A DNA stretch of 58,111 nucleotides from positions 1 through 58,111 of IMG/VR virus record IMGVR_UViG_3300025141_000107; one strand, given 5' to 3'. This DNA comes from a virus. Lineage: Duplodnaviria; Caudoviricetes. This document shows, one piece after another, positions 16,949 to 25,918 of the stretch (position 1 is its first letter; each line of letters begins with the position of its first letter). The notes under the pieces were generated by a model. It had not been told where the DNA came from. It did no database searches and saw nothing but the letters and a program-made list of their open reading frames with translations. The translations under genes and the position numbers were made by a program.

Positions 16949-17485
16949 GTGTGCAGTGAGATCGATGAAATTGAATCTTACATGCGTGAGAAAATAAATG
17001 AGCTTGGCAACGCTGGGTACGGTCCTCGATCGGAGTTCAAGTGCTGGAGGAGAAACCAGTCGATCGGGTTCCTAATCTATGCCAGGAGAGAGTTCAAGAC
17101 TGGGCCGTTCGGCGTCATCAATGTCGAGGACTATCGAGTCCACGTCGCTTGTCACTCAGGGGAGGACGGTCCTCATCGAGCTGTGGACGACATTGTTAAC
17201 TTTCTTTTCAACAGCGTCGAGATGCCCAAGGCACCTAAGGATGATCGAGCTCTGTTCAAGGAGTGGCTACTCGCTGATATCATCGAGAAGGGCATCGAAC
17301 TCAATCGGGAGCGACGCTCCTGGAAGAATGATCGAAGGCACATCCTCATGACGATGTACTTCGACAATATGAATGTCGCGAGGTGGTGTGAACCCATGCT
17401 CAAGGATTGGAATTTTGTGTGGTCTAATGATGGCAAGTCACTGTCGAGAGACTGGCGATGGCGTGGGCCGGACGCTGGCGTGTAA
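16949..17485 (+). CDS. Hypothetical protein
   Basis: GAGGGG RBS; stop lies in the next promoter's GTGTAA. Confidence 0.75.
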   Translation: MCSEIDEIESYMREKINELGNAGYGPRSEFKCWRRNQSIGFLIYARREFKTGPFGVINVEDYRVHVACHSGEDGPHRAVDDIVNFLFNSVEMPKAPKDDRALFKEWLLADIIEKGIELNRERRSWKNDRRHILMTMYFDNMNVARWCEPMLKDWNFVWSNDGKSLSRDWRWRGPDAGV

Positions 17486-17549
17486 ATTGATTTTAGTTAA
17501 TGTATTATTTATATAGGCCGCTTTGGCCAGCAACATGAGGTAGTAAGCA

Positions 17550-17744
17550 ATGGAATTCATTCCACTAATTCAAACATGCACCTGTGCAATGTGTGGCGAG
17601 GAGGGGTCCTGTACAAAGCATCCCGACAGCAAGATGCCGGTCTGTCGAGCGTGTGATCCAGTCAGCTGGGAGCAAGCGGCAGCAGATGAGAAGAACATGT
17701 ACATGTCTGGTATCAATCTTGAGAAGCTCGACGCAGCTAAGTGA
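17550..17744 (+). CDS. Small Cys-rich zinc-finger-like protein
   Basis: CAMC...CRAC; GAGGT RBS. Confidence 0.7.
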   Translation: MEFIPLIQTCTCAMCGEEGSCTKHPDSKMPVCRACDPVSWEQAAADEKNMYMSGINLEKLDAAK

Positions 17745-17747
17745 CTA

Positions 17748-18032
17748 ATGCACAATGTCACCTTCCGATATCTGATCGGCAAGAGTTCGATGTTTGATTC
17801 GGTGGAGGATCTGATCAAGCACTATCAGTCGAAGGGTGAGGAGTATGATGAGTCGATCTTTGAAAGTTTCTCCATTGAGGTGCCTGTTGATCGAGCTCAC
17901 GGCGAGATAATGTTGGTCGGGCACGGGTGTGCTTTCATCAAAGGGTGGTCGGTTCGTGATTCAATTAGCACAATATTCATAGACCGCAGTGAGAAACCAA
18001 TTTGGGATTATTCTCATCATTCACAACGCTAG
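17748..18032 (+). CDS. Hypothetical protein
   Basis: Operonic position; weak resemblance to 25525-25833. Confidence 0.65.
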   Translation: MHNVTFRYLIGKSSMFDSVEDLIKHYQSKGEEYDESIFESFSIEVPVDRAHGEIMLVGHGCAFIKGWSVRDSISTIFIDRSEKPIWDYSHHSQR

Positions 18033-18089
18033 GCGTGTACCTTGCGTAATACTAGGTTATAATATACTTACAGACACATGGAGAAACCA

Positions 18090-18437
18090 ATGATTCACTT
18101 TAGCGGAAATCTTAAACACGACGGCGGTCGCATCGATCTCGAGGTCTATCTCGACGGAGATCAGACTGTTCTTCGATTCGGTAATAGCTTCACGCTACGC
18201 CTGGAGGAGGATCAGCTCACAAGGCTGTGTGACGTGATCATGGATGCGCTAAACGCGCAAAGATCCCAGCGACGTAACGCCGCTAAGGTTGTGCTCGATG
18301 AGGCAGGCGAGATCTCGATGAGTGATCTTCAGGCTGCTGAGGATGTCTTTGTGCAGCTAGGAATCGACGCCCGAGAGAAGCTCAAGGCCAAGCGGAAGTC
18401 AGAACTGTGGGACCCAGATGATCCGGCGAATTGGTGA
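18090..18437 (+). CDS. Hypothetical protein
   Basis: Promoter 18034 plus GGAG RBS. Confidence 0.75.
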   Translation: MIHFSGNLKHDGGRIDLEVYLDGDQTVLRFGNSFTLRLEEDQLTRLCDVIMDALNAQRSQRRNAAKVVLDEAGEISMSDLQAAEDVFVQLGIDAREKLKAKRKSELWDPDDPANW

Positions 18438-18441
18438 TAAG

Positions 18442-18690
18442 ATGGGTGAGCTAGTTGACTTCGCGGCATGGAAGAAGCGCAGGGAGGATGAGGAGCATGA
18501 GAAGGAGATGGAGGAGATCCGTGCTCTGCAGGCAGAGGTCTCATCATACTTGGATGATATGGATGACCTGAGCACAGGTCCGTTTGTCCTGGACGAGGAC
18601 AGGGAGGAGTTCGCTCACAGAGCTTTGCAGATTATGCTATCGGCTCTCGACGGATATTCCCATTGGCCCAATGACTCGACGGATCTTTAA
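18442..18690 (+). CDS. Hypothetical protein
   Basis: MGELVDFAAWKKRR N-terminus. Confidence 0.7.
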   Translation: MGELVDFAAWKKRREDEEHEKEMEEIRALQAEVSSYLDDMDDLSTGPFVLDEDREEFAHRALQIMLSALDGYSHWPNDSTDL

Positions 18691-18691
18691 T

Positions 18692-18768
18692 GCCGCCTTA
18701 GCTCAGTTGGCCAGAGCAGCTGTCTTGTAAACAGCAGGTCGTCGGTTCAAATCCGACAGGTGGCTCCA
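18692..18768 (+). tRNA. tRNA-Thr(UGU)
   Basis: GCCGCCT/AGGTGGC acceptor, GCTGT-CTTGTAA-ACAGC anticodon arm, TTCAAAT T-loop, encoded CCA. Confidence 0.95.
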
Positions 18769-18782
18769 CACAGGAGAAAGAA

Positions 18783-18983
18783 ATGAGAGATAATATAACG
18801 CTGGAACACCAGATCGATGGTCTGACAGGTCAGTGTAGAAAATTGGTTGAAAGGAATGAGGAGCTGGAGCAGCGACTGGGATATGTTGAGACAGTTCTCG
18901 TTAAGCTGATCGTCGCTCTTAGGGAGGGTGGCATCATTGTTCCATCAGAGACTGTGCCTGGCGCACCTGAATACGAGTTCTAA
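18783..18983 (+). CDS. Small coiled-coil protein
   Basis: AGGAG RBS. Confidence 0.7.
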   Translation: MRDNITLEHQIDGLTGQCRKLVERNEELEQRLGYVETVLVKLIVALREGGIIVPSETVPGAPEYEF

Positions 18984-19043
18984 GCACTATTCGACGCGTG
19001 CAACTTTGTGCAGTTTAAGTTAAAATAATAGCAGGAGGAAACA

Positions 19044-19322
19044 ATGCCAGTTTCACAACACCCCGGACTATCTGTTAACACACTATCTCTCGATGAGCTA
19101 CGTACACTCAACTCAGCTGTTGTTCAGCGAATCAAGTGGCTCCGCTCAGAGGAAGATAAGCGGATGAAGCGAACGCTATTCATCGGCAGCCAGGTCTCGT
19201 TCAGAGACAATGACGGCCGGATGGCTGAAGGTAAGGTCACAAAGATCATGCGGAAGTTCGCAAAGGTCGACGTCGGAGATTGCATCTGGCGTGTACCTCT
19301 TAATCACCTGACAAAGGTGTAA
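19044..19322 (+). CDS. Small protein with SH3/KOW-like C-terminus
   Basis: Promoter plus AGGAGG; IGSQVSF...GKVTKI...WRVP. Confidence 0.75.
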   Translation: MPVSQHPGLSVNTLSLDELRTLNSAVVQRIKWLRSEEDKRMKRTLFIGSQVSFRDNDGRMAEGKVTKIMRKFAKVDVGDCIWRVPLNHLTKV

Positions 19323-19332
19323 GCACGCTAAC

Positions 19333-19408
19333 GGGTCAATAGCTCAATTGGTAGAGCACCGGCCTTTTAAGCCGTAGGTTCTGGGATCGTGCCCCAGTTG
19401 ACCCACCA
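19333..19408 (+). tRNA. tRNA-Lys(UUU) with atypical T-loop
   Basis: GGGTCAA/TTGACCC acceptor, CTTTTAA loop, T-loop ATCGTGC, CCA. Confidence 0.9.
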
Positions 19409-19467
19409 TTTACGTGTAGCTTTATTGCTAGAGTGGTATAATAATAATGTACCAACCAAGGAAAATC

Positions 19468-19734
19468 ATGCCAACTGCTCCATCTATTGTTCCCGACACT
19501 CAACGGCCCGAAACTGGGTTGGGTGAGTTTATCTACGGACCCTTCGCTGTCCTTGACGACAGCTCCACCTATTCAGGTGCTGAGGGTGCTGCAATCTACT
19601 TTCTGACCCCCAAGGGGATGGAACAACTCGAGAACAGCAATGACATGAAGAGTGTTGACGGAGACGAGGTTGGGCATCTCACGATCAGTGACCTGCTCGA
19701 CGCTTATAACAAGGTTCACGGAACGGACCTCTAG
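19468..19734 (+). CDS. Hypothetical early protein
   Basis: Promoter 19413 plus AAGGA RBS. Confidence 0.7.
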   Translation: MPTAPSIVPDTQRPETGLGEFIYGPFAVLDDSSTYSGAEGAAIYFLTPKGMEQLENSNDMKSVDGDEVGHLTISDLLDAYNKVHGTDL

Positions 19735-19742
19735 GAGATAAT

Positions 19743-19979
19743 ATGCCCCTTCAAGATAACATCGAGATTGAGAACATCCTCGACGAGGCTACAGACTGCT
19801 TTGAGGATAAGCTGAAGCAATTGTTCGACGAGCTCGATGACACCAGCAAGATCAATGTGAGCACCAATCAGATGAACTGGTGTACACAGGTATCCGCAGC
19901 GGGTGATGAGCTCAGAAAGGAATTGAACCACACCATCGAGTGGTTCGAGGTTAAATTCTTGCGCGGTGAGTTTAAATAG
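19743..19979 (+). CDS. Hypothetical early protein
   Basis: AGGAG RBS. Confidence 0.7.
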   Translation: MPLQDNIEIENILDEATDCFEDKLKQLFDELDDTSKINVSTNQMNWCTQVSAAGDELRKELNHTIEWFEVKFLRGEFK

Positions 19980-19980
19980 G

Positions 19981-20178
19981 ATGGATGACACGGTGCTTAA
20001 CATGACCAAGGAAGAGATGTGGACTGTGATCAGTGCGCTGACTGTGTACTCGAATGAGCACAGGCGTGAGGTCGAGGAATCACTCTTTCCGGAGACGCAA
20101 CGTCATTCACGTCAGGAGTGGCTTAAAGCTGTTGATCTCCTGAATCGTCTTGATCCTGTTAATTTCCCGCGCGTGTAA
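19981..20178 (+). CDS. Hypothetical early protein, start uncertain
   Basis: Stop lies in promoter GTGTAA. Confidence 0.6.
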   Translation: MDDTVLNMTKEEMWTVISALTVYSNEHRREVEESLFPETQRHSRQEWLKAVDLLNRLDPVNFPRV

Positions 20179-20222
20179 GCAGCGCGCTAGCATGGTATAA
20201 TATAAGCACCTTAGGAGGTAAC

Positions 20223-20522
20223 ATGGCTACAATCGCTGAAGTCGCAAATAAGTTTGGGGTCTCGGAAGGCCAGATCAAGAAGCTCAAGAATGGAATGGCA
20301 ACTGTCTGGGACATGATCGGTTACGACTGTTATGAGTTCTTGGATTCATATGACTCTGAGACAGAGATGATTGCTGAGATGACGCTCGACGCTGGACGTC
20401 TCGAGGAGTACACTCGTATTCAAGGCGGGGACAACGATTGGGCGTGGCTCGATACAGTCGGAAAGAATGGCCACTCGATCATGGAGCTTGGTCAAGAAAC
20501 TTGGGATGCACGATACGTGTAA
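20223..20522 (+). CDS. Hypothetical early protein
   Basis: Promoter plus AGGAGGT RBS. Confidence 0.8.
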   Translation: MATIAEVANKFGVSEGQIKKLKNGMATVWDMIGYDCYEFLDSYDSETEMIAEMTLDAGRLEEYTRIQGGDNDWAWLDTVGKNGHSIMELGQETWDARYV

Positions 20523-20567
20523 TCCGCACCCAGCTGTGGTATAATATAAGTACCCAAGGAGGTACAC

Positions 20568-20804
20568 ATGGAATTCATCTTCAATCCCGCTGAGGACATC
20601 GTGCGGCACCCAGCAGATTATATGGGTGCCTTCGGCTATGAGAAGGATGAGTACGAGATGTTTCACAAAGAGGTCATCGCCATGCAAGGTGAGGAGATCG
20701 TGAGCCTGAAGAAGGTTCTCACTGGATACTACGATATCACCTTCGCTGGTGGTCACGTGCTCCATGCTATCTCAGGCTGCTGCATCACAATGCAACCCGT
20801 GTAA
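20568..20804 (+). CDS. Hypothetical early protein
   Basis: Promoter plus AAGGAGGT RBS. Confidence 0.8.
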   Translation: MEFIFNPAEDIVRHPADYMGAFGYEKDEYEMFHKEVIAMQGEEIVSLKKVLTGYYDITFAGGHVLHAISGCCITMQPV

Positions 20805-20851
20805 CATACCAGCAACTGTGGTATAATAAAGGCACCCAAGGAGGTTACCTT

Positions 20852-21034
20852 ATGGTTAAGTATCAGGTACATTTTGAATACCAGGTTTTCAAACGGAATA
20901 TCGGCTGGGTCGGCAAGCACGGAATCAGGAACATCAAGGCACGCAGCGAAAGTGAAGCGATCCTTCGAATCCGCTCTCGGATTCCAGACAGCTTTGGCCA
21001 CTGGGTCAACCGTCTGGCAAATGTGGTAGCATGA
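20852..21034 (+). CDS. Small early protein, paralog of 26137-26307
   Basis: KYQVHFE...GIRxIKAR.E.EAI...SFGHWVNRLAN. Confidence 0.85.
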   Translation: MVKYQVHFEYQVFKRNIGWVGKHGIRNIKARSESEAILRIRSRIPDSFGHWVNRLANVVA

Positions 21035-21300
21035 GCTGGATTCACGAAGACGGTCTACATCGTAGCAAACACGGAATCATCCTGCGAAGAGAACAGCATC
21101 AAGCGCCAGAGCTCAATGTTGGAGACAGGTTCTTCGATGTTGGTAACGGTCGTTGGGCAACGTTGCTTAGGATTCGACCGGAGCCTGAGGCATTGGGCGC
21201 ACCTTTTGAAGCACTCTATGACGGATGTGATACATACAGTCCATTCATCGGATGTGCTATGCACTGTGACATTGGGGAGATACTCTGTGAAAGTCGGTGA
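21031..21300 (+). CDS. Hypothetical protein ending in the array junction
   Basis: ATGA overlap; ends EILCESR. Confidence 0.7.
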   Translation: MSWIHEDGLHRSKHGIILRREQHQAPELNVGDRFFDVGNGRWATLLRIRPEPEALGAPFEALYDGCDTYSPFIGCAMHCDIGEILCESR

Positions 21301-21472
21301 CCTGGTAAAAGTAAAGACAAGGTTCTACGGCACAAAGACAGGATTCCTGATTGAAAAGGTGAATGATGTATGGGGTGACGGATGGATGATCTCGCCAACA
21401 GATCACCCTCGTCAGATAATCGCAGACCCGCGGGATATAGAGATTGTATCCTCGCGTGTAACTTTAAAGTGA
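21287..21472 (+). CDS. MKVGDLV-family small protein
   Basis: GTG KVGDLVKVK; 14-nt overlap. Confidence 0.8.
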   Translation: MKVGDLVKVKTRFYGTKTGFLIEKVNDVWGDGWMISPTDHPRQIIADPRDIEIVSSRVTLK

Positions 21473-21501
21473 TAATGGTATAATGTTACCAGAGGAAACA
21501 A

Positions 21502-21729
21502 ATGACACACGCTGAAGAGCTCTGGCTTAGAGAAATGTATGATCAGGACCCAGGCTTCGCTTATGAGTGCTCAGCTGATGACCTAGACAAGCTCCTTGCC
21601 CTGTTCGGAGAGATGGAGCCTATCGTCGATGCAATAAATGTTAATGCAGGCGTCGGGATCGAGCAGAGAGCGCGGGACATTGGTTGCTTGCCCACAGACT
21701 TTGAAGGATGGGAAGCAGAATGCAAGTAG
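21502..21729 (+). CDS. Hypothetical early protein
   Basis: Promoter plus GAGG RBS. Confidence 0.75.
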   Translation: MTHAEELWLREMYDQDPGFAYECSADDLDKLLALFGEMEPIVDAINVNAGVGIEQRARDIGCLPTDFEGWEAECK

Positions 21730-21998
21730 GCGATACAGTTCGTAATATCTTTGAGGTAAGAACAAACCCGGTTGTCAATGAGAGTCGAGGGTGGTCACCT
21801 ATTCCAGTAGGGCACTTTGGGATCGTGACAAAGGTCAGGCAGACAAATCTCAATTCTCAGCACAGTGATGATGGCAAGGGAGATGTATATGTCGATGTTC
21901 TCCTGGCAGTTGACGGTGAAGCGGTAAGGTGCGGTAACTACCACTCAGGAACCTTCGAGGTTGTGGATGACAGGCGGCACAGGAACTACGTTCTATGA
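21720..21998 (+). CDS. MKVGDLV-family protein
   Basis: MQVGDTV..GIVT..FEVV. Confidence 0.75.
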   Translation: MQVGDTVRNIFEVRTNPVVNESRGWSPIPVGHFGIVTKVRQTNLNSQHSDDGKGDVYVDVLLAVDGEAVRCGNYHSGTFEVVDDRRHRNYVL

Positions 21999-22017
21999 TG
22001 ATACAAAGGAGATTGAG

Positions 22018-22242
22018 ATGAGAGATATTTGTGAAGAAGCTGGCCTGAGTGAGGCTGAGATTAGCATCGTTGATTGTTACCTCACGAACCCACACTATGA
22101 GAATGCTGGGTTCATCGAGACGACAGCTTTTGAGAAGCTGCTAAACTATTTTGCTGATGAGATGCCCTATCTCATTCAGAAGTGTCGAACAGGTGAGCCG
22201 GATGCCTGGATTCTCGATCGACTTGAAGAGGGGAATGGCTAG
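22018..22242 (+). CDS. Hypothetical early protein
   Basis: AAGGAG RBS. Confidence 0.75.
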   Translation: MRDICEEAGLSEAEISIVDCYLTNPHYENAGFIETTAFEKLLNYFADEMPYLIQKCRTGEPDAWILDRLEEGNG

Positions 22243-22437
22243 ATGTCTAAGAACCTCGAGCCAGGTATGCTCGTGAAAATCCGAAGAAAGGACTGGCATC
22301 AGGACAGCGGTGAGATCGCAACACTTGTTGCCAGGGAGTACCTGGCATATGAAACAAAGTTCTGCAGGTGGTCGTGCCTCTGCGGTTCAGAGGTGCGGAT
22401 TGTTTATGAGAATAATCTTTACCCAGTCAGGCAATAG
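22243..22437 (+). CDS. Small SH3-like protein
   Basis: LEPGMLVKI; GAGGGG RBS. Confidence 0.7.
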   Translation: MSKNLEPGMLVKIRRKDWHQDSGEIATLVAREYLAYETKFCRWSCLCGSEVRIVYENNLYPVRQ

Positions 22438-22463
22438 TTTAACTTAATGAAAAGAGAGAAAGT

Positions 22464-22706
22464 ATGGAGAAGATATATCTTGATAGACAACAATGTGAAC
22501 GGTTCGAAGTTCCGTATACTTCAAGTGATGGGGAGCTTATTGTTCATGCTAGCACGCTTCTTGAATCGAAGTGGAGCGGCTATGACAGCGAGCATACTGA
22601 ATATCTACAAGGGTTCGGTGATGTGTATGTCCACCTTGTTCGGAATGACATCGAGGATTCCCCCGGATGGTTCAGGGTCGTTGACACGTGTAACTCTTTT
22701 GGGTGA
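22464..22706 (+). CDS. Hypothetical early protein
   Basis: Runs into promoter 22687. Confidence 0.65.
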   Translation: MEKIYLDRQQCERFEVPYTSSDGELIVHASTLLESKWSGYDSEHTEYLQGFGDVYVHLVRNDIEDSPGWFRVVDTCNSFG

Positions 22707-22737
22707 ATGGTATAATAGCCATACCAAGGAGAACAAT

Positions 22738-22950
22738 ATGGATTGTCAAGAGTGTGAAGATCAGTACCCAATCAAGCTGTCATTCACTTGCCCTCACACA
22801 GGTGAGGCATTTGAACGTGAGATGAATGATGAGGGTCAGGCTGATGATGTATTCCACTGGTTCTTTTCAAAGTGGGGGTATGAGGTACCGTACAGTGTGG
22901 ATGAAGTCCGCGTGCCTGCTGCGACTGTGATCGGAGTGAGTAGTGGGTGA
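22738..22950 (+). CDS. Small Cys-containing protein
   Basis: Promoter plus AAGGAG; MDCQEC..CPH. Confidence 0.75.
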   Translation: MDCQECEDQYPIKLSFTCPHTGEAFEREMNDEGQADDVFHWFFSKWGYEVPYSVDEVRVPAATVIGVSSG

Positions 22951-23314
22951 GGTGTATGAACACGGCCCGCTGCTAAAGAAATGGTTCGTTAGTGATGCCA
23001 CTGTCCTGGACTGGGAGTCGCAGGATCTTGCAGCATCAGAGATTCTATGGAAGATTGATGATGAAAGAGTGTGGCCAGTGCCGCCTCATTATCGAATCAT
23101 CAGTGTGCCGTACAAAGAATTCAGAGAACTCGTTTTCTTGCTACCTGATTTTGCTGAGCTCCCGATCTTATGGACATGTTGGTGCTCGCTCGATAGACCG
23201 ATCGAATTCATCGTGAGGTGCATAGATGACAACGACACAATTCTTATCGACACATCAGGATTCCACTACGCTCGATACAGAGCGGCGTGTAGGTTTAAGG
23301 AGTCAGTGGTATAA
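22943..23314 (+). CDS. Hypothetical early protein
   Basis: GGAG RBS; DTSGFHYARY motif. Confidence 0.7.
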   Translation: MGEVYEHGPLLKKWFVSDATVLDWESQDLAASEILWKIDDERVWPVPPHYRIISVPYKEFRELVFLLPDFAELPILWTCWCSLDRPIEFIVRCIDDNDTILIDTSGFHYARYRAACRFKESVV

Positions 23315-23335
23315 TATGTGGGTAAGGAGGCAGAC

Positions 23336-23512
23336 ATGGCCAAAAGAAAGAAGAAGAAGAGCTGGGACCCGCGGAAGGCGGCAAAGTCTGCAGCTCGTAA
23401 GGCCCACTTCGAGGCCGGAGGTACGCTCGCTATGTGGCGAGGTGCAGCTCACACTTTCACTGATCGCAAGAAGGCAGCAAACAAGAACGCATGCCGCGGG
23501 AAGGTGATGTGA
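23336..23512 (+). CDS. Small basic protein
   Basis: AAGGAGG RBS; DRKKAANKNACRG. Confidence 0.75.
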   Translation: MAKRKKKKSWDPRKAAKSAARKAHFEAGGTLAMWRGAAHTFTDRKKAANKNACRGKVM

Positions 23513-23859
23513 TGAGAGCACTGTACGATCAATTGAAAGGGCATGACTGGTATTACGGTTACAGCGACGACCATCGAGTATGGAAGAAAGGCCAGCGACG
23601 TCATGACCACCTGCGACGCTTGCTAGGAAGCTTGAACTGTCCTTATCCGATGCAGCACCTGAGAATGGCCGTCGAAGAGATGGTGGTCGACATGTTCGTT
23701 GAGGAAACGCCAGGGCACTGGTATCGGAATCCTCACACATACAAGAATGTGGCACCGGTGAAGCGCTCCGAGCTCCTGCTCCGTGCTGATCAGGTTCAGA
23801 TCCTCGCTTGGATCGAAGCGCAAGGTGAACAGATCACAGCTGATACACCACACGTGTAA
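23512..23859 (+). CDS. Hypothetical early protein
   Basis: HDWYYGYSDDHRVW motif; stop lies in promoter. Confidence 0.75.
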   Translation: MRALYDQLKGHDWYYGYSDDHRVWKKGQRRHDHLRRLLGSLNCPYPMQHLRMAVEEMVVDMFVEETPGHWYRNPHTYKNVAPVKRSELLLRADQVQILAWIEAQGEQITADTPHV

Positions 23860-23888
23860 CATTCATATACACGTGGTATAATATAAAC

Positions 23889-24190
23889 ACAAGGGGCAAG
23901 GAACACTGCTCGCGCTGGTTACACCGGCCGTCTGGAGCCGGAAGGCTAGGTTCCTCCACCACCTGCGCGGTTGGCGCTACAAGGGAATAGTCAAGGTGTC
24001 CCTCCAATCACCGGTCCTCGTCCGGTCCACTTGTCAGCGGGGAACTTATTCATTTTTGGGAGGAGCTAGGGTCCCTTCCAGAGTTAACACAAGGCGCGAC
24101 GGTGCCGGAGGTAACAGCAAAAAGCCGCCCGAGTGGCGAACACCGATGTCGGCGGGAAACAATGATTCCGACAGTCACCAACCCTACATT
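23889..24190 (+). ncRNA. Candidate structured non-coding RNA (~300 nt)
   Basis: Own promoter at 23853, no RBS+ATG, several hairpins, ends before promoter 24198. Confidence 0.55.
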
Positions 24191-24235
24191 TTCAAAACGT
24201 GCAACTTAGATGATTAAGTGGTATAATAGAAACAC

Positions 24236-24254
24236 GGAAGGAAAGGATCCTTCC
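24236..24254 (+). promoter_or_regulatory. 5'-UTR hairpin GGAAGGA-AAGGA-TCCTTCC
   Basis: Near-identical hairpin at 29362-29381 before the paralog. Confidence 0.7.
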
Positions 24255-24279
24255 TAAAACCAAAACAAGGAGGCCAACA

Positions 24280-24684
24280 ATGGCCAAGTTCGATGTCCGT
24301 ATTCTTTCTCTCATCACCACTTCAGAAGATCCGGAGGCACCTGCCTTCGAGGCAGTCGGCTTGATCGATGGTGCTTCCTTCAAGGCTCGTACGATTCTCT
24401 GGGGTCCCAAGGGCAACAAACAGCCTCTCTTCAAGGTAGTTGAAGGTGAATCGGTCGGCGGGTCGCTTGCTGATTCTGAATTCACCCGTGGTCAGCGCAT
24501 TGCAATTGCTCGGGCTTGCAAGCTGGTTCGGACCGGTGCCGCAAGCCTTGAGGAAGATGATGGTCTTCAGAATCTCACACTCAAGGAGCTCCGTGCCAAG
24601 GCCAAGGTCTTGGGTGTCTCGGGAACTCACCGAAAGGGTATCACCAAGGCTGAGGTGGTGGAGCTCGTACGCTCCGCGGCCTAA
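24280..24684 (+). CDS. Early protein with C-terminal Rho_N/HeH-like motif, paralog of 29408
   Basis: FTRGQRIAIA; LTLKELRAKAKVLGVSG...TKAEVV. Confidence 0.8.
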   Translation: MAKFDVRILSLITTSEDPEAPAFEAVGLIDGASFKARTILWGPKGNKQPLFKVVEGESVGGSLADSEFTRGQRIAIARACKLVRTGAASLEEDDGLQNLTLKELRAKAKVLGVSGTHRKGITKAEVVELVRSAA

Positions 24685-24694
24685 GGCCAGCATG

Positions 24695-24716
24695 GCACGG
24701 GGGAAATCCCCCGTGC
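24695..24716 (+). terminator. Strong hairpin after 24684
   Basis: GCACGGGGG-AAAT-CCCCCGTGC; no U-tail. Confidence 0.5.
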
Positions 24717-24768
24717 ACGTGTATATCTCAATTCCCAGTGGTATAATATATTGGTCCAGGAGGATCAC

Positions 24769-25008
24769 ATGGAACTTACACCCCTCGAAGAAGCAGTCAT
24801 CAGCGCACACGAAGTCGCATGCGGCCTAGCTGGTCTTGCTCTTATCAAGGATCTGCTTGACAAAGGTGACGCGGCGAATATCATTACAAGAGATCGACAA
24901 AGGTCGCTGGAAGATAGGAAGCAGGCACTTGTAGAGAGCAGACACGTGAACAAGGTGCTGAATCTCATTGCAGCACAGCGGTCGCTTGCATTCGGAATCG
25001 ATGCTTAG
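24769..25008 (+). CDS. Hypothetical early protein
   Basis: Promoter plus AGGAGG RBS. Confidence 0.75.
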   Translation: MELTPLEEAVISAHEVACGLAGLALIKDLLDKGDAANIITRDRQRSLEDRKQALVESRHVNKVLNLIAAQRSLAFGIDA

Positions 25009-25016
25009 GAGTACTC

Positions 25017-25166
25017 ATGCGGTTATATAGAGCAACCATTCGAATTCCAGGTCAGCACGACTTTGTAGCAGAGGTACGAGCTGACGATCAGATTCAGGCA
25101 CTGGGCATGCTCAGGTCGATGTATGGTTACGGGTCCATCGTTGGGAACTGTGTATATAGCGTGTAG
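25017..25166 (+). CDS. Small protein (49 aa, not in ORF track)
   Basis: AGGAG RBS; MRLYRATIRIPG...YSV*. Confidence 0.7.
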   Translation: MRLYRATIRIPGQHDFVAEVRADDQIQALGMLRSMYGYGSIVGNCVYSV

Positions 25167-25216
25167 CATTTAGCTGCTAATGGTATAATAGTAACACCTA
25201 CTAAGGAGGAATCATA

Positions 25217-25528
25217 ATGATTTCAGCAACAACAATGACATTCGGTAGCGACCTCGGTACTGACAATCTGGCAAAGCACGTTAACGTCGTATTTGACAAC
25301 GGGCCAAAGATGGTGAGCCTGAGCCTGGACAATAGTGCTGGACGGATGGCACACATCGCGCGTGCAGATATACGGCTGCTCTACACTGACCCACTCGATG
25401 GTGGGGTCGTGGACGTGACATCAGATGTCTTTGGCGGCAGGGGCGATGATATCGTTCGAGGAACTCTTAGGAACATGGACCGGGCAATGAAGTGGCTTCA
25501 GATGGCCAGCTGGGGATTCGTACGATGA
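25217..25528 (+). CDS. Hypothetical early protein
   Basis: Promoter plus AAGGAGG RBS. Confidence 0.8.
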   Translation: MISATTMTFGSDLGTDNLAKHVNVVFDNGPKMVSLSLDNSAGRMAHIARADIRLLYTDPLDGGVVDVTSDVFGGRGDDIVRGTLRNMDRAMKWLQMASWGFVR

Positions 25529-25833
25529 AGACATTTACTTTCGTTATCGGCAGCGCAGATGACTTCGAGGGAATGGAAGACCTGCAGGATTACGTGGAAC
25601 AGGAGGGCAGCAGTGGTAACCTCAACTACTCAGTCCACGAGTTCGAGTCACATGATGACTGCGACGAAGAAACAGTAACCATGATCGGACGAGGTATCGC
25701 CTTCAGTAATGACTGGTGTATGGACCACACGTTTAGCTTCTTGGTGCGAGGAACAGTAAGTGATTCAGATGGCAAGAGCGGGTCACAAATGCAGATGCAT
25801 GACCTTTGGGAGATTCCTGATGGGGCCGTCTAG
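25525..25833 (+). CDS. Hypothetical early protein
   Basis: ATGA overlap. Confidence 0.7.
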   Translation: MKTFTFVIGSADDFEGMEDLQDYVEQEGSSGNLNYSVHEFESHDDCDEETVTMIGRGIAFSNDWCMDHTFSFLVRGTVSDSDGKSGSQMQMHDLWEIPDGAV

Positions 25834-25918
25834 CGTGGTTCTTATGGGCCTCGTGTGGTTTGTCATCTGGGTGGTGGGAATCCTGGTATGGACCCACATA
25901 AAGAAGAGAAAGCTGTAA
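25820..25918 (+). CDS. Tiny single-pass membrane protein
   Basis: MGPSSVVLMGLVWFVIWVVGILVWTHIKKRKL; GGAG RBS. Confidence 0.55.
   Translation: MGPSSVVLMGLVWFVIWVVGILVWTHIKKRKL

Noticed and set aside
23889-24190. tmRNA, SRP RNA or RNase P RNA
   Set aside because: No T-arm before CCA and no clear tag ORF; CCGGAAGG lacks the flanking SRP internal-loop bases; no GAGGAAAGTCC P4 motif
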